Below are positions 41,142 to 53,399 of a stretch of DNA of 64,000 bases, piece after piece. A program made the position numbers and the translations under genes. Origin of the DNA: an uncultured Methylophilaceae bacterium (GTDB taxonomy: Bacteria; Pseudomonadota; Gammaproteobacteria; Burkholderiales; Methylophilaceae); the NCBI GenBank assembly GCA_963977845.1, contig CAXBPZ010000001.1, positions 45,028-109,027 on the forward strand, written 5' to 3'. The notes under the pieces are model-generated. The model worked only from the letters and a program-made list of their open reading frames with translations. It was not told the origin of the DNA and ran no database searches. Every line of letters begins with the position of its first letter. The stretch's first letter is position 1.

Positions 41142-43405
41142 GACTCTTGAAGAACGGCTTTATTTTCCTCTTCAAAAATTAATTTCAATTTATCATTGCT
41201 ATCAATATCAATGGTGACATTGCCACCATTGGTAAGTTTGCCAAAAAGTAGTTCATCCGCAAGTGCTTTTCTAATTATATCCTGGATGAGGCGAGACATT
41301 GGTCTTGCTCCCATACTTGGATCAAAACCATTTTTAGCTAGATATGATTTAAGTGAATCTGTGAAAGTTGCATCTACTTTTTTCTCATGCAATTGATCTT
41401 CGAGTTGCATCAAGAATTTATCAACAACTTTTAAAATCACTTCATGACTGAGTGGCGCAAATGATACGGTTGCATCAAGCCTATTTCTAAACTCTGGTGT
41501 AAATAACCGCTTAATTTCTGCTTGTTCATCGCCTATCTTTTTAGACTGTGTAAATCCCATAGAGGTTTTTGAGAGGGATTCTGCGCCGGCATTTGTTGTC
41601 ATAATAAGAGTCACATTTCTAAAATCTGTTTTTCTGCCGTTACTATCAGTTAAAGATCCATGATCCATCACTTGCAGAAGGATATTAAAAATATCTGGAT
41701 GTGCTTTTTCAATTTCGTCAAGCAGAAGTACACAATAAGGTTGTTTATGGACAGCTTCAGTCATGAGCCCCCCTTGGTCAAATCCTACATAGCCTGGAGG
41801 AGCTCCAATGAGTCTCGACACTGTGTGTCTTTCCATATATTCACTCATATCAAAACGAATGAGTTCAATACCTAAGATATAGGCGAGTTGACGTGCTACT
41901 TCTGTTTTTCCTACTCCTGTTGGACCACTAAAGAGAAAATTTCCTATTGGTTTATTTGGTATGCCTAATCCACTTCTTGTCATTTTGATAGCGCTTGCAA
42001 GATTTTCAATCGCTTTATCTTGTCCAAAAATTACTGCTTTCAGATCTCGCTCAAGATTTTTAAGTGCATGCTTATCATCATTAGAAATATTTTTTGGAGG
42101 TATCTTAGCAATCTTCGCTACTATCTCTTCAATTTCTTTATTGGTAATAACTTTTTTCTGTTTATTTTTAGGGAGTATTCTTTGTGCAGCCCCAGCTTCG
42201 TCAATCACATCAATGGCTTTATCAGGAAGATGCCTATCATTAATATATTTTGCTGAAAGTTCTGCAGCACTATTAATTGCTGCAACTGAATATTTTACAT
42301 TGTGGTGTTTTTCAAATCTTGATTTAAGTCCTTTAAGAATATTGATCGTATCAAGAATGCTTGGCTCGTTCACATCGATTTTCTGAAATCTTCTCGTGAG
42401 TGCATGATCTTTTTCAAATACAGTTCTATATTCCTGATATGTCGTAGCACCAATACATTTAATTGATCCATTTGATAATGCAGGTTTAAGAAGATTAGAC
42501 GCATCAAGTGTTCCTCCACTTGCAGAACCTGCGCCTATAAGAGTATGAATTTCATCAATAAACAAAATAGCATCTTTATACTCATTGAGTTGCTTCATGA
42601 CTGCTTTCAGTCTTTGTTCAAAATCGCCCCGGTATTTTGTGCCTGCCAATAAAGTACCCATATCAAGTGAGAATATCGTGGTATTTTCTAGGACACTCGG
42701 AACTTCTTTGTCGACAATTCTCTTTGCGAGCCCTTCTGCAATAGCAGTTTTTCCAACACCTGCTTCACCCACTAAGAGAGGATTATTTTTTCTTCTTCTA
42801 CAGATAGTTTGAATAACACGTTCAATTTCTGAATCTCGACCAATCAATGGATCAATTTTTCCAGCCAATACCATCTTATTAAGATTGATCGTATATGCTT
42901 CTAGCGCTTTATTAGTTGCAGACTCTTGATCATTCTCTTGTTCGGGAGATGTTTTACTTGAATCACCTTCATTTAACTTGGACACGCCATGCGCAATAAA
43001 ATTAACAACATCAAGCCGGGTGACTCCTTGTTGATGAAGGAAATAAACAGCATGAGAATCTTTTTCTCCATAAATTGCGACTAAGACATTTGCACCATTC
43101 ACTTCTTTTTTACCAGAAGATTGAACATGAAGCATCGCTCTTTGAATTACTCTTTGAAATCCAAGTGTAGGTTGAGTGTCCACTTCATCTTCGCCAGTTA
43201 TGGTAGGCGTATGATCATCGATATATTGCGTTAATTCATTTCTGAGTACATCAATGTTTGAGCCGCAAGCTTTAAGTACTTCAGCTGCAGAAGGATTATC
43301 CAGCATAGCAAGAAGCAAATGTTCAACCGTAATAAGTTCATGACGCTTTTGTCTTGCGTCCATAAAGGCCATATGTAGACTTACTTCAAGTTCTTGAGCA
43401 ATCAT
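41138..43405 (-). CDS. clpA: ATP-dependent Clp protease ATPase ClpA
   Basis: Two AAA modules (GEAGVGKT, GPTGVGKT), IGAPPGYVG; follows clpS. Confidence 0.97.
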   Translation of the reverse strand: MIAQELEVSLHMAFMDARQKRHELITVEHLLLAMLDNPSAAEVLKACGSNIDVLRNELTQYIDDHTPTITGEDEVDTQPTLGFQRVIQRAMLHVQSSGKKEVNGANVLVAIYGEKDSHAVYFLHQQGVTRLDVVNFIAHGVSKLNEGDSSKTSPEQENDQESATNKALEAYTINLNKMVLAGKIDPLIGRDSEIERVIQTICRRRKNNPLLVGEAGVGKTAIAEGLAKRIVDKEVPSVLENTTIFSLDMGTLLAGTKYRGDFEQRLKAVMKQLNEYKDAILFIDEIHTLIGAGSASGGTLDASNLLKPALSNGSIKCIGATTYQEYRTVFEKDHALTRRFQKIDVNEPSILDTINILKGLKSRFEKHHNVKYSVAAINSAAELSAKYINDRHLPDKAIDVIDEAGAAQRILPKNKQKKVITNKEIEEIVAKIAKIPPKNISNDDKHALKNLERDLKAVIFGQDKAIENLASAIKMTRSGLGIPNKPIGNFLFSGPTGVGKTEVARQLAYILGIELIRFDMSEYMERHTVSRLIGAPPGYVGFDQGGLMTEAVHKQPYCVLLLDEIEKAHPDIFNILLQVMDHGSLTDSNGRKTDFRNVTLIMTTNAGAESLSKTSMGFTQSKKIGDEQAEIKRLFTPEFRNRLDATVSFAPLSHEVILKVVDKFLMQLEDQLHEKKVDATFTDSLKSYLAKNGFDPSMGARPMSRLIQDIIRKALADELLFGKLTNGGNVTIDIDSNDKLKLIFEEENKAVLQES

Positions 43406-43414
43406 AATTTAAGT

Positions 43415-43729
43415 TTAATCAATTTTTTCAATAATACATTGCAAAGGATGCTGATGTTCTTTTGCATAGTTTAGCACTTGATTCATTTTTGTTTCAGCAA
43501 TGTCAACAGGGAATATTCCACAAACACCCGACCCCTCTGTATGTATTTTTAACATTATACGTGTGGCTTCATCAACACTTTTATTAAAAAAACGTTGAAT
43601 CGTATTTACGACGAATTCCATAGGGGTATAGTCATCGTTTAGTATGATAACTTTGTACATACTGGGAAGTTTAGTCTTCGCTTTTTTTGGACTAAGCTTT
43701 GTGTCTTCAGTTGCATTTAATTTTGGCAT
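43415..43729 (-). CDS. clpS: N-end rule adaptor ClpS
   Basis: [29 protein letters not shown] motifs. Confidence 0.96.
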   Translation of the reverse strand: MPKLNATEDTKLSPKKAKTKLPSMYKVIILNDDYTPMEFVVNTIQRFFNKSVDEATRIMLKIHTEGSGVCGIFPVDIAETKMNQVLNYAKEHQHPLQCIIEKID

Positions 43730-43757
43730 TAGCTAAACCCTATTGAATATTGTGATT

Positions 43758-43789
43758 AAAAAAAATAAAAACTCAAGTGATTCTTTGAG
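43758..43789 (-). terminator. Possible intrinsic terminator after corC
   Basis: Minus strand CTCAA-N8-TTGAG followed by a long T run; the stem is weak. Confidence 0.35.
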
Positions 43790-43804
43790 GGAATTTTTAA
43801 AAAA

Positions 43805-45082
43805 TTATGATTGAGGGTAGATTTTTATGCTCTTCACAATTCGGTCGTGAGATTGAAGAACTTCTAGGGTATGGTTGGCAATTTTGAAGCTTGTGTTCGG
43901 TTCCGGGATATCCTCAAAATATTCCAAGACCAAGCCGTTGAGTGTTTTAGGACCATCGATTGGGAATTGAAGATTTAATTTTTTATTCAATGTTCGAATT
44001 GTGACGCTACCATCTACAATCCACCCCCCGTCCTCGTCTTGATTAAATTTAGATGATTTTGATAGAAAATCTAAGTTAAATTCACCAACAATTTCTTCCA
44101 AGATATCTTCAAGACTTAATAGACCAATAAATTCGCCATGTTCGTTAACAATTAAACCAACCCTCTCTTGTTTATCCTGAAAGTGTTGCATTTGTGTATA
44201 TAAAGGGGTGCCAGAAGGAATGAAGTAGGGTTCAGAAATCAAAGCTTTCAAATCATCTTTTGTAATTTTATTGAGTGCATCATGTAAATTAAGTTGTTTA
44301 ATAATTTTTTGTGTATTAAGCAACCCTAAAATATTTTCAGGTGAATTTGTTTTTACCAATATTCTGCTATGTTGAAAAGTAAGTAGTTTCTGAATAATCT
44401 CTTCATCGGTTAAGTCAAAATCAATAGATTCTACAAAAGTATGTGGAATCATAATGTCATCAACAGTAATACGCTCGAGCTCAAATAAATTAAGTAAGAT
44501 TTTACGGTGTTGATTAGGTATGAATTGACCAGCTTCAGAAATAATACTTCTTAATTCATCCATAGATATTGCATGAAGATTGTTATTAAAATCTATTTTT
44601 ACATTAAAAATTTTTACAAAAGTTAGTACAAAAAAGTTGACTAAAATAACAATGGGATAGAGAACCTTTAAAAGAGGGTAGAGTATGTAGCTACAAAAGA
44701 AAGCAAATCGCTCTGGTTTAGAGGCTGCAATAACTTTCGGCGATACTTCACCAAAAATAAGAATCAAAAATGTTGTTACTAAAGTCCCAGCCATGAGGGC
44801 AATCTGGCCTTCTCCATAAAGCCTCACTGTAATAATAGTAACAAGCATTGCGGATGCTGCATTTGCAAATTCTTTACATAGCAGAATGACGCCTAAAAGT
44901 TTGTCAGTGGAGGAGAGTAGTTTATGTGCGAGTTTTGCTGCACGATTACCTTGTGAAACTAAATGCTGTAATCGATAGCGATTAAGTGTCATTAAGCTAG
45001 TTTCAGCAAGTGAGAAAAAAGCTGAAATAGCCACTAAGGCTATCAAAATAACAAATTGGTAACTAATAGAAAGGGCGTTCAA
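43805..45082 (-). CDS. HlyC/CorC (CNNM, DUF21-CBS-CorC) Mg2+/Co2+ transporter family
   Basis: SAFFSLAETSL, FGEVSPK, CBS pair, EDILEEIVGE, C-terminal CorC_HlyC domain. Confidence 0.9.
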   Translation of the reverse strand: MNALSISYQFVILIALVAISAFFSLAETSLMTLNRYRLQHLVSQGNRAAKLAHKLLSSTDKLLGVILLCKEFANAASAMLVTIITVRLYGEGQIALMAGTLVTTFLILIFGEVSPKVIAASKPERFAFFCSYILYPLLKVLYPIVILVNFFVLTFVKIFNVKIDFNNNLHAISMDELRSIISEAGQFIPNQHRKILLNLFELERITVDDIMIPHTFVESIDFDLTDEEIIQKLLTFQHSRILVKTNSPENILGLLNTQKIIKQLNLHDALNKITKDDLKALISEPYFIPSGTPLYTQMQHFQDKQERVGLIVNEHGEFIGLLSLEDILEEIVGEFNLDFLSKSSKFNQDEDGGWIVDGSVTIRTLNKKLNLQFPIDGPKTLNGLVLEYFEDIPEPNTSFKIANHTLEVLQSHDRIVKSIKIYPQS

Positions 45083-45095
45083 AGTTTAAAAAAAC

Positions 45096-46034
45096 TTAAG
45101 GATTAATTTCTTGTGACTGATTTTCTTTAGGTTGATCTTGACTGAGATTACGTTGAGATACACCAAGCCACATCGCAACTGGACATGCTACAAGTACTGA
45201 AGAATAGATACCAAATAAAATACCAATGGTTAATGCAAGTGAGAAATTATGTAGTGTTTCTCCGCCAAAAAACAGCATTGAACACACCATGGTTTGTGTC
45301 ATTAGATGGGTGATGACCGTGCGAGACATAGTTCTTGTAATTGCATTATCAATTACCTCAATGACACTCGCTTTTCTCATTTTTTTAAAATTTTCTCTGA
45401 CGCGATCAAAAACAACAACTGATTCATTTACCGAATAGCCTAATACAGCAAGGATAGCTGCGAGCACTGTCAGGTTAAATTCCCATTGAAAAAATGCAAA
45501 AAATCCTAAAATGATAATTACATCATGCATATTAGCAATAATCGCAGCAACCGCGAAACGCCATTCAAATCTGAGTGCCAGATAAGCAATAATTCCAAAG
45601 CATACAAGAAGTAAAGCGAGCGCACCGTTTGCATAGAGCTCTTCACCTACTTGTGAGCCCACAGACTCCACTCTTTGTATTTTTGTATCTTTATCACTTT
45701 CAATAAGAGCTTTTGATACTTTTTCTGACAATTGAGCAATCGATAAATCTTGTCGAATAGGTAAGCGAATCAATACATCTTTACTTGTACCAAAGTTTTG
45801 CACTGTTGTATCTTTAAGATCAATTGTATTCATCACTTGACGAATTTTTTCGATATCTGCTGGATGGTTATAACTTACTTCCATAAGAGTACCACCTGTA
45901 AAATCAACGCCAAGATTAAGGCCTCTGATACTTAAAAAGATAATAGCAATAATGAACGTGATGAGAGAAATGGTCGTGGTTAAACGACCATAGCTCATAA
46001 AAGGAATATCTTTTTTTATTCTGAATAATTCCAT
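45096..46034 (-). CDS. secF: Protein translocase subunit SecF
   Basis: LGVDFTGG, VGSQVG, GYSVNESVVVFDRVRE motifs. Confidence 0.96.
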   Translation of the reverse strand: MELFRIKKDIPFMSYGRLTTTISLITFIIAIIFLSIRGLNLGVDFTGGTLMEVSYNHPADIEKIRQVMNTIDLKDTTVQNFGTSKDVLIRLPIRQDLSIAQLSEKVSKALIESDKDTKIQRVESVGSQVGEELYANGALALLLVCFGIIAYLALRFEWRFAVAAIIANMHDVIIILGFFAFFQWEFNLTVLAAILAVLGYSVNESVVVFDRVRENFKKMRKASVIEVIDNAITRTMSRTVITHLMTQTMVCSMLFFGGETLHNFSLALTIGILFGIYSSVLVACPVAMWLGVSQRNLSQDQPKENQSQEINP

Positions 46035-46036
46035 AA

Positions 46037-47890
46037 TTAGTCTTGATGTGGCCTATAAATTTGACCAATCGATAATTTATCAATTTTGCGTCGATAGCCG
46101 TAAAGAATATTTACGAGAGCTCTTGATACTAAGATAGCGCTAAACATTGAAGTTAAAATGCCTAACACATGAACGACGGCAAATCCCTTAATGGGGCCTG
46201 TGCCAAACATAAATAAGGCAAGACCTGCAATCAATGTTGTGACATTGGAATCAAGAATGGTATCAAAAGCACGATCATAACCTGCATGAATACTTGCTTG
46301 TGGCGTGTTACCATTTCTTAGCTCTTCTCTGATTCTTTCGTTAATAAGAACGTTTGCATCAATCGCCATACCTAATGCTAAGGCAATTGCGGCCAAGCCA
46401 GGAAGAGTAAGCGTAGCTTGAAGAATAGATAATAAAGCAACTAATAATAATAAATTTACAGCAAGGGCAAAAATAGAAACACCACCAAAGATCATGTAAT
46501 AAATAATCATCATGACGGAAATAGCCGCAAATCCCCACAATGTAGAATGTATCCCTCGTTTGATATTTTCCTCACCCATGCTTGGACCTACGGTACGCTC
46601 CTCAATAATTTGCATAGGAGCGGCAAGAGCGCCCGCTCTTAATAGAAGAGATATATCAGTCGCTTCTTGAGGACTATTCATTCCAGAAATTTGTACTCGA
46701 CCACCACCAATTTCTTGTTGAATGACTGGTGCTGTCACAACTTCTGTTTGTCCTTTTTCTATTAGAAGAATTGCTAAACGTTTACCTACATTTTCTCGCG
46801 TAACTTGTTTAAATATATTTGAACCTCTTCCATCGAGGGTGACATGCACAACTGATCTTCCTGATTGCTGATCTACACCAGGTCCAGCATCAGTAATTCT
46901 ATCGCCCGTCAGCAATACATTTTTCTTTACAAGAATAGATCTGCCATCTCTATCTTTAAAAAGATCATCTCCAAAAGGAGCATTGCCTTTTTGGGCACTT
47001 TCTAGAGTCGCAATATCTGTTTTATCTTCGTCAACTAATCTGATTTCAAGTGTCGCTGTACGCCCAAGAATTTCTTTGGCTTTTGCCGTGTCTTGGACGC
47101 CTGGGAGTTGGACAACAATTCGATCTAAACCTTGCTGCTGGATAATTGGTTCTGCAACGCCAAGTTCATTGATTCGGTTATGAAGTGTTTGTAAATTTTG
47201 TTTGAGTGCAAATTCTTGAATTTTTTTCTTGCCTATTTCGCTCATGCCAATATCAAGAGCTTTATCTTTTCCTGATGAGGATTCGTTGAGCATTAAATCT
47301 GGATAATTCACCTTGATAATTTTTTTAGCTTTTTCTAATTCTTCTTGGCTATCAAATTGTAGTTTTACAATTTCATTTAATCTCGAGGCGCCAATATATG
47401 AAATACGCTCTTTTCTAAGCGTCATACGGAAATCATTTAAATAGCTTTCAGCCGCTTTTTCTGATGCTGCTTTCATATCAACTTGAAGAAGAAAGTGGAC
47501 GCCGCCTCTTAAATCTAGCCCCAAATACATAGGAATTGCACCAATTTTAGATAACCATGAAGGCGATTTAGAGATAAGGTTAAGTGCAATTACATAGTTT
47601 GGACCTAAAGCATTCTGAAGAATATCTTTTGCTTTGACTTGGTTGTCAGGATTTGTAAATTTAACTTTAATGCCATTAGGTTCTTGAATAATGCCATCGA
47701 ATGGAAGATTTGCTTCTTTTAAAGTACTTTCAATCGTGCCCAAGACAGATAAATCTAATTTATCTGATGTTTTGGTTGGCATGATCTGAACTGCAGGAGA
47801 CTCACCAAAGAAATTAGGAATGGAGTAAATTAGGCCAATAAAAATCGCGATTAAAACGAGACCATACTTCCATTTAGGATATTGATTCAT
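46037..47890 (-). CDS. secD: Protein translocase subunit SecD
   Basis: LGLDLRGG, RINELGVAEP, MAIDANVLINERIREE motifs. Confidence 0.97.
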   Translation of the reverse strand: MNQYPKWKYGLVLIAIFIGLIYSIPNFFGESPAVQIMPTKTSDKLDLSVLGTIESTLKEANLPFDGIIQEPNGIKVKFTNPDNQVKAKDILQNALGPNYVIALNLISKSPSWLSKIGAIPMYLGLDLRGGVHFLLQVDMKAASEKAAESYLNDFRMTLRKERISYIGASRLNEIVKLQFDSQEELEKAKKIIKVNYPDLMLNESSSGKDKALDIGMSEIGKKKIQEFALKQNLQTLHNRINELGVAEPIIQQQGLDRIVVQLPGVQDTAKAKEILGRTATLEIRLVDEDKTDIATLESAQKGNAPFGDDLFKDRDGRSILVKKNVLLTGDRITDAGPGVDQQSGRSVVHVTLDGRGSNIFKQVTRENVGKRLAILLIEKGQTEVVTAPVIQQEIGGGRVQISGMNSPQEATDISLLLRAGALAAPMQIIEERTVGPSMGEENIKRGIHSTLWGFAAISVMMIIYYMIFGGVSIFALAVNLLLLVALLSILQATLTLPGLAAIALALGMAIDANVLINERIREELRNGNTPQASIHAGYDRAFDTILDSNVTTLIAGLALFMFGTGPIKGFAVVHVLGILTSMFSAILVSRALVNILYGYRRKIDKLSIGQIYRPHQD

Positions 47891-47917
47891 TATTAAATTA
47901 AGCAGTCACTTCAGAAA

Positions 47918-48232
47918 TTAAATAGATTTAATAGTGCCCCTAGGCAATAAGGTTTGAATAGATTGCTTTTGAATATGAATTTGAGTGCCAGCTGCAATTT
48001 CAAGTGTTGCAAATTGATCTTTGATTTTAATAACCTTACCGAGAACGCCTCCGTTGGTGACAACTTCATCATCTTTTTTTAGTGACTCAATCATGAGTTT
48101 ATGCGCTTTTGCCTGTTTCATTTGTGGACGAATTAACATGAAGTAAAAAAGGACAAAAATAATGATAAATGGCAAAAAGCTCATTAAATCGGTGGGTGGG
48201 GTATCAGCGGCATATGCGTGACTTATAAACAT
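47918..48232 (-). CDS. yajC: Preprotein translocase subunit YajC
   Basis: FYFMLIRPQ.K, DEVVTNGG motifs; lies between tgt and secD. Confidence 0.95.
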   Translation of the reverse strand: MFISHAYAADTPPTDLMSFLPFIIIFVLFYFMLIRPQMKQAKAHKLMIESLKKDDEVVTNGGVLGKVIKIKDQFATLEIAAGTQIHIQKQSIQTLLPRGTIKSI

Positions 48233-48286
48233 TTATATATCCTACAGGTAATTAATTTTAAAGGGTAATTTTAACACAGCAGACAT

Positions 48287-49411
<1,125 letters not shown>

Positions 49412-49504
49412 TTACGCAGCAAGTCCATGAGTATAAATTAGAATTAATGAAATCGTTAAAGCTTTGTTATACTAAAAGGCTAAGTTTTTACTTGATAATC
49501 ACAC

Positions 49505-50284
49505 ATGAAAAAGTTTAAAAGTATCGGAAAAAATAAAGAAGATTTGCTAAGAAGTAAAATAGGCAAGCACACCTTTTATTTGCTGCCTAATTTTATTACA
49601 ACAGCTTCTTTATTTTCTGGATTCTATTCCATTGTGCAAGCGATGAATGGCAAATATGAGCTTGCAGCTATTGCTATTTTTATTGCAATTATTATGGACG
49701 GATTAGACGGACGCATTGCAAGACTCACCCATACTGAAAGTGCATTTGGAGCTGAATACGATAGTTTGTCTGATATGGTTTCATTTGGGGTTGCTCCTGC
49801 ACTTATCTTATATGTTTGGGCATTAAAGCCTTTAGGAAAACTAGGCTGGATTGCAGCCTTTGTGTATTGTTGTTGTGCAGCGTTTAGACTTGCTCGCTTT
49901 AATGTTAAATTGGATCAAGATGAAAAAAAATATTTTTTTGGATTACCGAGTCCTGCAGCCGCTGCATTACTTGTAAGTTTTGTATGGGTATCTAATGAAA
50001 ACGGTTTTAGTGGGAGCGAGATTTTTTTTAATATGATCAAAATGAAATGGGTCTCATGGTCATTGACAATATTAATTGCGCTTTCTATGGTAAGTGAAAT
50101 TAGGTTCTACAGTGGCAAAGATATCAATCTAAGAAATAGTGTTCCGTTCTTTGCGATTTTATTGGTCATATTGGCATTTGTATTAGTGTCTTATAGTCCA
50201 CCTGAAGCCATTTTTATTGTAGTGGGCTGTTACTTTTTGTCAGGCTATTTCAATTTAATTAGACATTTTAAATTTAAAAAATAA
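49505..50284 (+). CDS. pssA: CDP-diacylglycerol--serine O-phosphatidyltransferase
   Basis: DGLDGRIAR...SAFGAEYDSLSDMVSFG CDP-alcohol phosphotransferase motif, GLPSP. Confidence 0.93.
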   Translation: MKKFKSIGKNKEDLLRSKIGKHTFYLLPNFITTASLFSGFYSIVQAMNGKYELAAIAIFIAIIMDGLDGRIARLTHTESAFGAEYDSLSDMVSFGVAPALILYVWALKPLGKLGWIAAFVYCCCAAFRLARFNVKLDQDEKKYFFGLPSPAAAALLVSFVWVSNENGFSGSEIFFNMIKMKWVSWSLTILIALSMVSEIRFYSGKDINLRNSVPFFAILLVILAFVLVSYSPPEAIFIVVGCYFLSGYFNLIRHFKFKK

Positions 50285-50294
50285 GGCGCAGTAG

Positions 50295-51845
50295 ATGCAA
50301 CAAGAAATACAAAACAATAAACTCATCATCTTCGATACGACATTAAGGGATGGAGAACAAAGCCCTGGAGCTTCTATGACCCAGGAAGAGAAATTGCGCA
50401 TTGCAAGACAGCTTGAAAAACTTGGTGTTGACGTTATTGAGGCAGGATTTGCGGCAGCAAGCCCAGGTGACTTTGAGTCCGTTAGTGCTGTGGCGAAAAA
50501 CATTAAAGAATCAACCGTTTGTTCATTAGCGCGCGCTGTCGAAAATGATATTCGTAAAGCTGGTGAAGCGATTGAGCATGCAAAAAAAGGACGCATTCAT
50601 ACATTTATTGCGACTAGCAAAATTCATATGGAAAATAAACTTCGTATGACAGAAGATGAAGTGTTAGATCGCGCTGTTCAAGCTGTGAAATGGTCATTGG
50701 AATATACCGATGATGTAGAGTTTTCAGCTGAAGATGCAGTGCGGTCCGAAATTAATTTTCTTGTAAAAGTGTTTAATGCTGTTATTCAAGCTGGCGCTAA
50801 AACTATTAACGTTCCAGATACTGTTGGCTATTCTATCCCTGGAGTTTGGGGTGAACGAATGAAAACGTTAATTCACCAAGTTGAGAATGCTTCAAAAGTG
50901 ATATGGTCTACACATTGTCATAATGATCTGGGTATGGCAGTTGCAAATTCACTTGCAGCGGTTATGAATGGTGCAAGACAGGTTGAATGCACCATTAATG
51001 GTTTGGGTGAAAGAGCTGGCAATGCAAGTCTAGAAGAAATTGTAATGGCGGTCAGAACAAGGAAAGATTTATTTAATTTAACAACAAGCATTGATACGAC
51101 TCAAATTGTGCCGACTTCAAGATTAGTTTCAACAATCACCGGTTATCCCGTTCAACCTAATAAGGCTATTGTGGGAGCAAATGCTTTTGCTCATGAGTCT
51201 GGCATTCATCAAGATGGCGTTTTAAAGCACAGAGAAACTTATGAGATTATGCGCGCTCAAGATGTAGGCTGGGGTGCCAATAAGATTTCGCTTGGAAAGT
51301 TGTCAGGTCGTAATGCATTCAAAACAAGACTTCAAGAGCTGGGCATTGATATTCAATCAGAGGATATTGTGAATGCCGCATTTGCAAGATTTAAAGATTT
51401 AGCAGACAAGAAATCAGAGATTTTTGATGAAGATCTCCATGCGCTTATGAGTGAAGAATATACTTCAGAAGCGATAGAGCATTACAAATTGATTCACTTG
51501 AAAACCATGTCAGAAACAGGCACAACGCCCCATGCAGAAATTAAAATTTCTGAAAATGGAAAAGAGGTTATTGCTAAATCTTCTGGGGGTGGACCTGTAG
51601 ATGCCACATTTAAAGCGATCGAAAAAATTGCTAACTCAGGTTCAGAGCTCCAACTTTATTCCGTGAATAACATTACAAGCGGCACAGACGCTCAAGGTGA
51701 AGTGACGGTCAGATTAGCGAAGGGTGGTCGAATTGTGAATGGCCAAGGCGCTGACACAGATATTGTAATTGCCTCTGCTAAAGCTTATATCAATGGATTA
51801 AATAAACTCCATTCCAAATTAGAGCGCGCCCACCCTCAGGTTTAG
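50295..51845 (+). CDS. leuA: 2-isopropylmalate synthase
   Basis: [23 protein letters not shown]-terminal regulatory domain (GGGPVDA). Confidence 0.97.
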   Translation: MQQEIQNNKLIIFDTTLRDGEQSPGASMTQEEKLRIARQLEKLGVDVIEAGFAAASPGDFESVSAVAKNIKESTVCSLARAVENDIRKAGEAIEHAKKGRIHTFIATSKIHMENKLRMTEDEVLDRAVQAVKWSLEYTDDVEFSAEDAVRSEINFLVKVFNAVIQAGAKTINVPDTVGYSIPGVWGERMKTLIHQVENASKVIWSTHCHNDLGMAVANSLAAVMNGARQVECTINGLGERAGNASLEEIVMAVRTRKDLFNLTTSIDTTQIVPTSRLVSTITGYPVQPNKAIVGANAFAHESGIHQDGVLKHRETYEIMRAQDVGWGANKISLGKLSGRNAFKTRLQELGIDIQSEDIVNAAFARFKDLADKKSEIFDEDLHALMSEEYTSEAIEHYKLIHLKTMSETGTTPHAEIKISENGKEVIAKSSGGGPVDATFKAIEKIANSGSELQLYSVNNITSGTDAQGEVTVRLAKGGRIVNGQGADTDIVIASAKAYINGLNKLHSKLERAHPQV

Positions 51846-51853
51846 AGATTAAT

Positions 51854-52516
51854 TTGAATTTAGCACTTTTTGATTTAGATAATACTATCTTAGCTGGCGA
51901 TAGCGATTACAACTGGAGTCGATTTTTGATCCAAGAAGGTTATCTTGATGCCGCAATTCATGCCGAAAAAAATGAAAAATTTTATGCTGACTATAAAGCA
52001 GGCACGCTTGATATATACGCTTTCGTTGAGTTTCAATTTAAGCCACTTGCAAGAAATCCAAGAAGCGTTCTAAATCAGCTTTTAAAAAAGTATATTGAAG
52101 AGGTCATTAAGCCTATGATTACTGAGAAGGCATATACTTTAGTCAGAAAGCATGATGAAGAAGGGGATTTACTTATTGTGATTACTGCAACGAATAGCTT
52201 TATTACTAAACCTATTGCCGCATTGTTTGGTATAGAAAATTTAATTGGTACTGATCCAGAAGAAAAAGAAGGTGAATTTACAGGAAAAGTTTCAGGATTG
52301 CCTTCTTTTAAAGAGGGTAAAGTGACTCGCTTAGAAGCTTGGCTTAAAAATAAAAATTTATCATTAACTGATTTTAAAAAATCTTATTTCTATAGCGACT
52401 CGCATAATGATTTACCTTTAATGCAGAAAGTGACGCACCCCGTAGCTGTTGATGCTGATGCTATTTTGGCTGAATATGCCAAGTCTAGAGGTTGGCCTAC
52501 AATTTCGTTAAGATAA
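51854..52516 (+). CDS. HAD family IB hydrolase (SerB/histidinol-phosphatase-like)
   Basis: FDLDNTILAGDSD, ITATN, GKV, FYSDSHNDLPL motifs. Confidence 0.85.
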   Translation: MNLALFDLDNTILAGDSDYNWSRFLIQEGYLDAAIHAEKNEKFYADYKAGTLDIYAFVEFQFKPLARNPRSVLNQLLKKYIEEVIKPMITEKAYTLVRKHDEEGDLLIVITATNSFITKPIAALFGIENLIGTDPEEKEGEFTGKVSGLPSFKEGKVTRLEAWLKNKNLSLTDFKKSYFYSDSHNDLPLMQKVTHPVAVDADAILAEYAKSRGWPTISLR

Positions 52517-52520
52517 TGTG

Positions 52521-53324
52521 TTATCTATGTAGAATAATTTCTAAAACAAATTTGCTACCGAGATAAGACAACAATAAAAATAAAAAAGCAGTCAGTGAAA
52601 TATAAATAGATTTTCTTCCGCGCCAACCATAAAGTTTTTTGCTTGCTAGAAGAAGCCCATAAATAACCCAAGCCAAAATTGAGAAAACAGTTTTATGTTT
52701 AAATTGGAGCGGCGTTCCAAAAACTTGCTCTGAAAATAAAATGCCACTACCAAGTGTCACAGTTAATAAAATGAAGCCCACTTTATTAATGTTGAATAGA
52801 AAATTTTCCATTTCAATTAAAGGCTGTGAGCCAATCAAAAGTAGATCCATTTTCTTTTTCTGATGTAATTTTTTCTCAAAAATTAAAATAAATATGGCCA
52901 ATAACGCTGAAAAGGTAAATAGACTATAAGCTAATAAGGCGATAGCGATATGCGTCACAAATAAAGGGGATAAGTCAGTCGTTAAAAAGTGATTCGACAA
53001 AAGCAAGGGATGCATGATCAGAAGAAGTGCTGATGGGATCAGTAAAAATGGCTGCAGATAGTTATATTTTTTATTAAAATTAAGCACCCAAATAATCAAA
53101 ATACTAAAAAATGAAGTTGCACTAAGCGCATTAGAAAAACCTAGATTAATAGGGTTAAAAGAAATGCTAGCTTTGAGAATAGAAAAATGAGCTAATAAAC
53201 CAATAGCAATAAGAAGCACATTAAAATTAATTAGCTTTTTATTGGGTATTGGATTTTTAAAGATTAATAGACTTGGTGTTAGATAGCAAAAACAAGCGAT
53301 TAAAATAAGTAGCCAAATTTCCAT
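52521..53324 (-). CDS. ypjD: Inner membrane protein YpjD (cytochrome c assembly CcsA family)
   Basis: Multi-TM; HIAIALLAYSL, HKTVFSILAW, GWRG, LAYLGSKFV-like C-terminus; divergent from ffh. Confidence 0.8.
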   Translation of the reverse strand: MEIWLLILIACFCYLTPSLLIFKNPIPNKKLINFNVLLIAIGLLAHFSILKASISFNPINLGFSNALSATSFFSILIIWVLNFNKKYNYLQPFLLIPSALLLIMHPLLLSNHFLTTDLSPLFVTHIAIALLAYSLFTFSALLAIFILIFEKKLHQKKKMDLLLIGSQPLIEMENFLFNINKVGFILLTVTLGSGILFSEQVFGTPLQFKHKTVFSILAWVIYGLLLASKKLYGWRGRKSIYISLTAFLFLLLSYLGSKFVLEIILHR

Positions 53325-53399
53325 ATTTTTTTATTTGGTAATTAAAAGTTTAATATACCATGTACATAACGAAGAGTTAACTTAAAACAGGATGCATGC

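Noticed and set aside
50255-50300. Leucine attenuator before leuA
   Set aside because: Only a 10-bp gap after pssA; no leader peptide or terminator.
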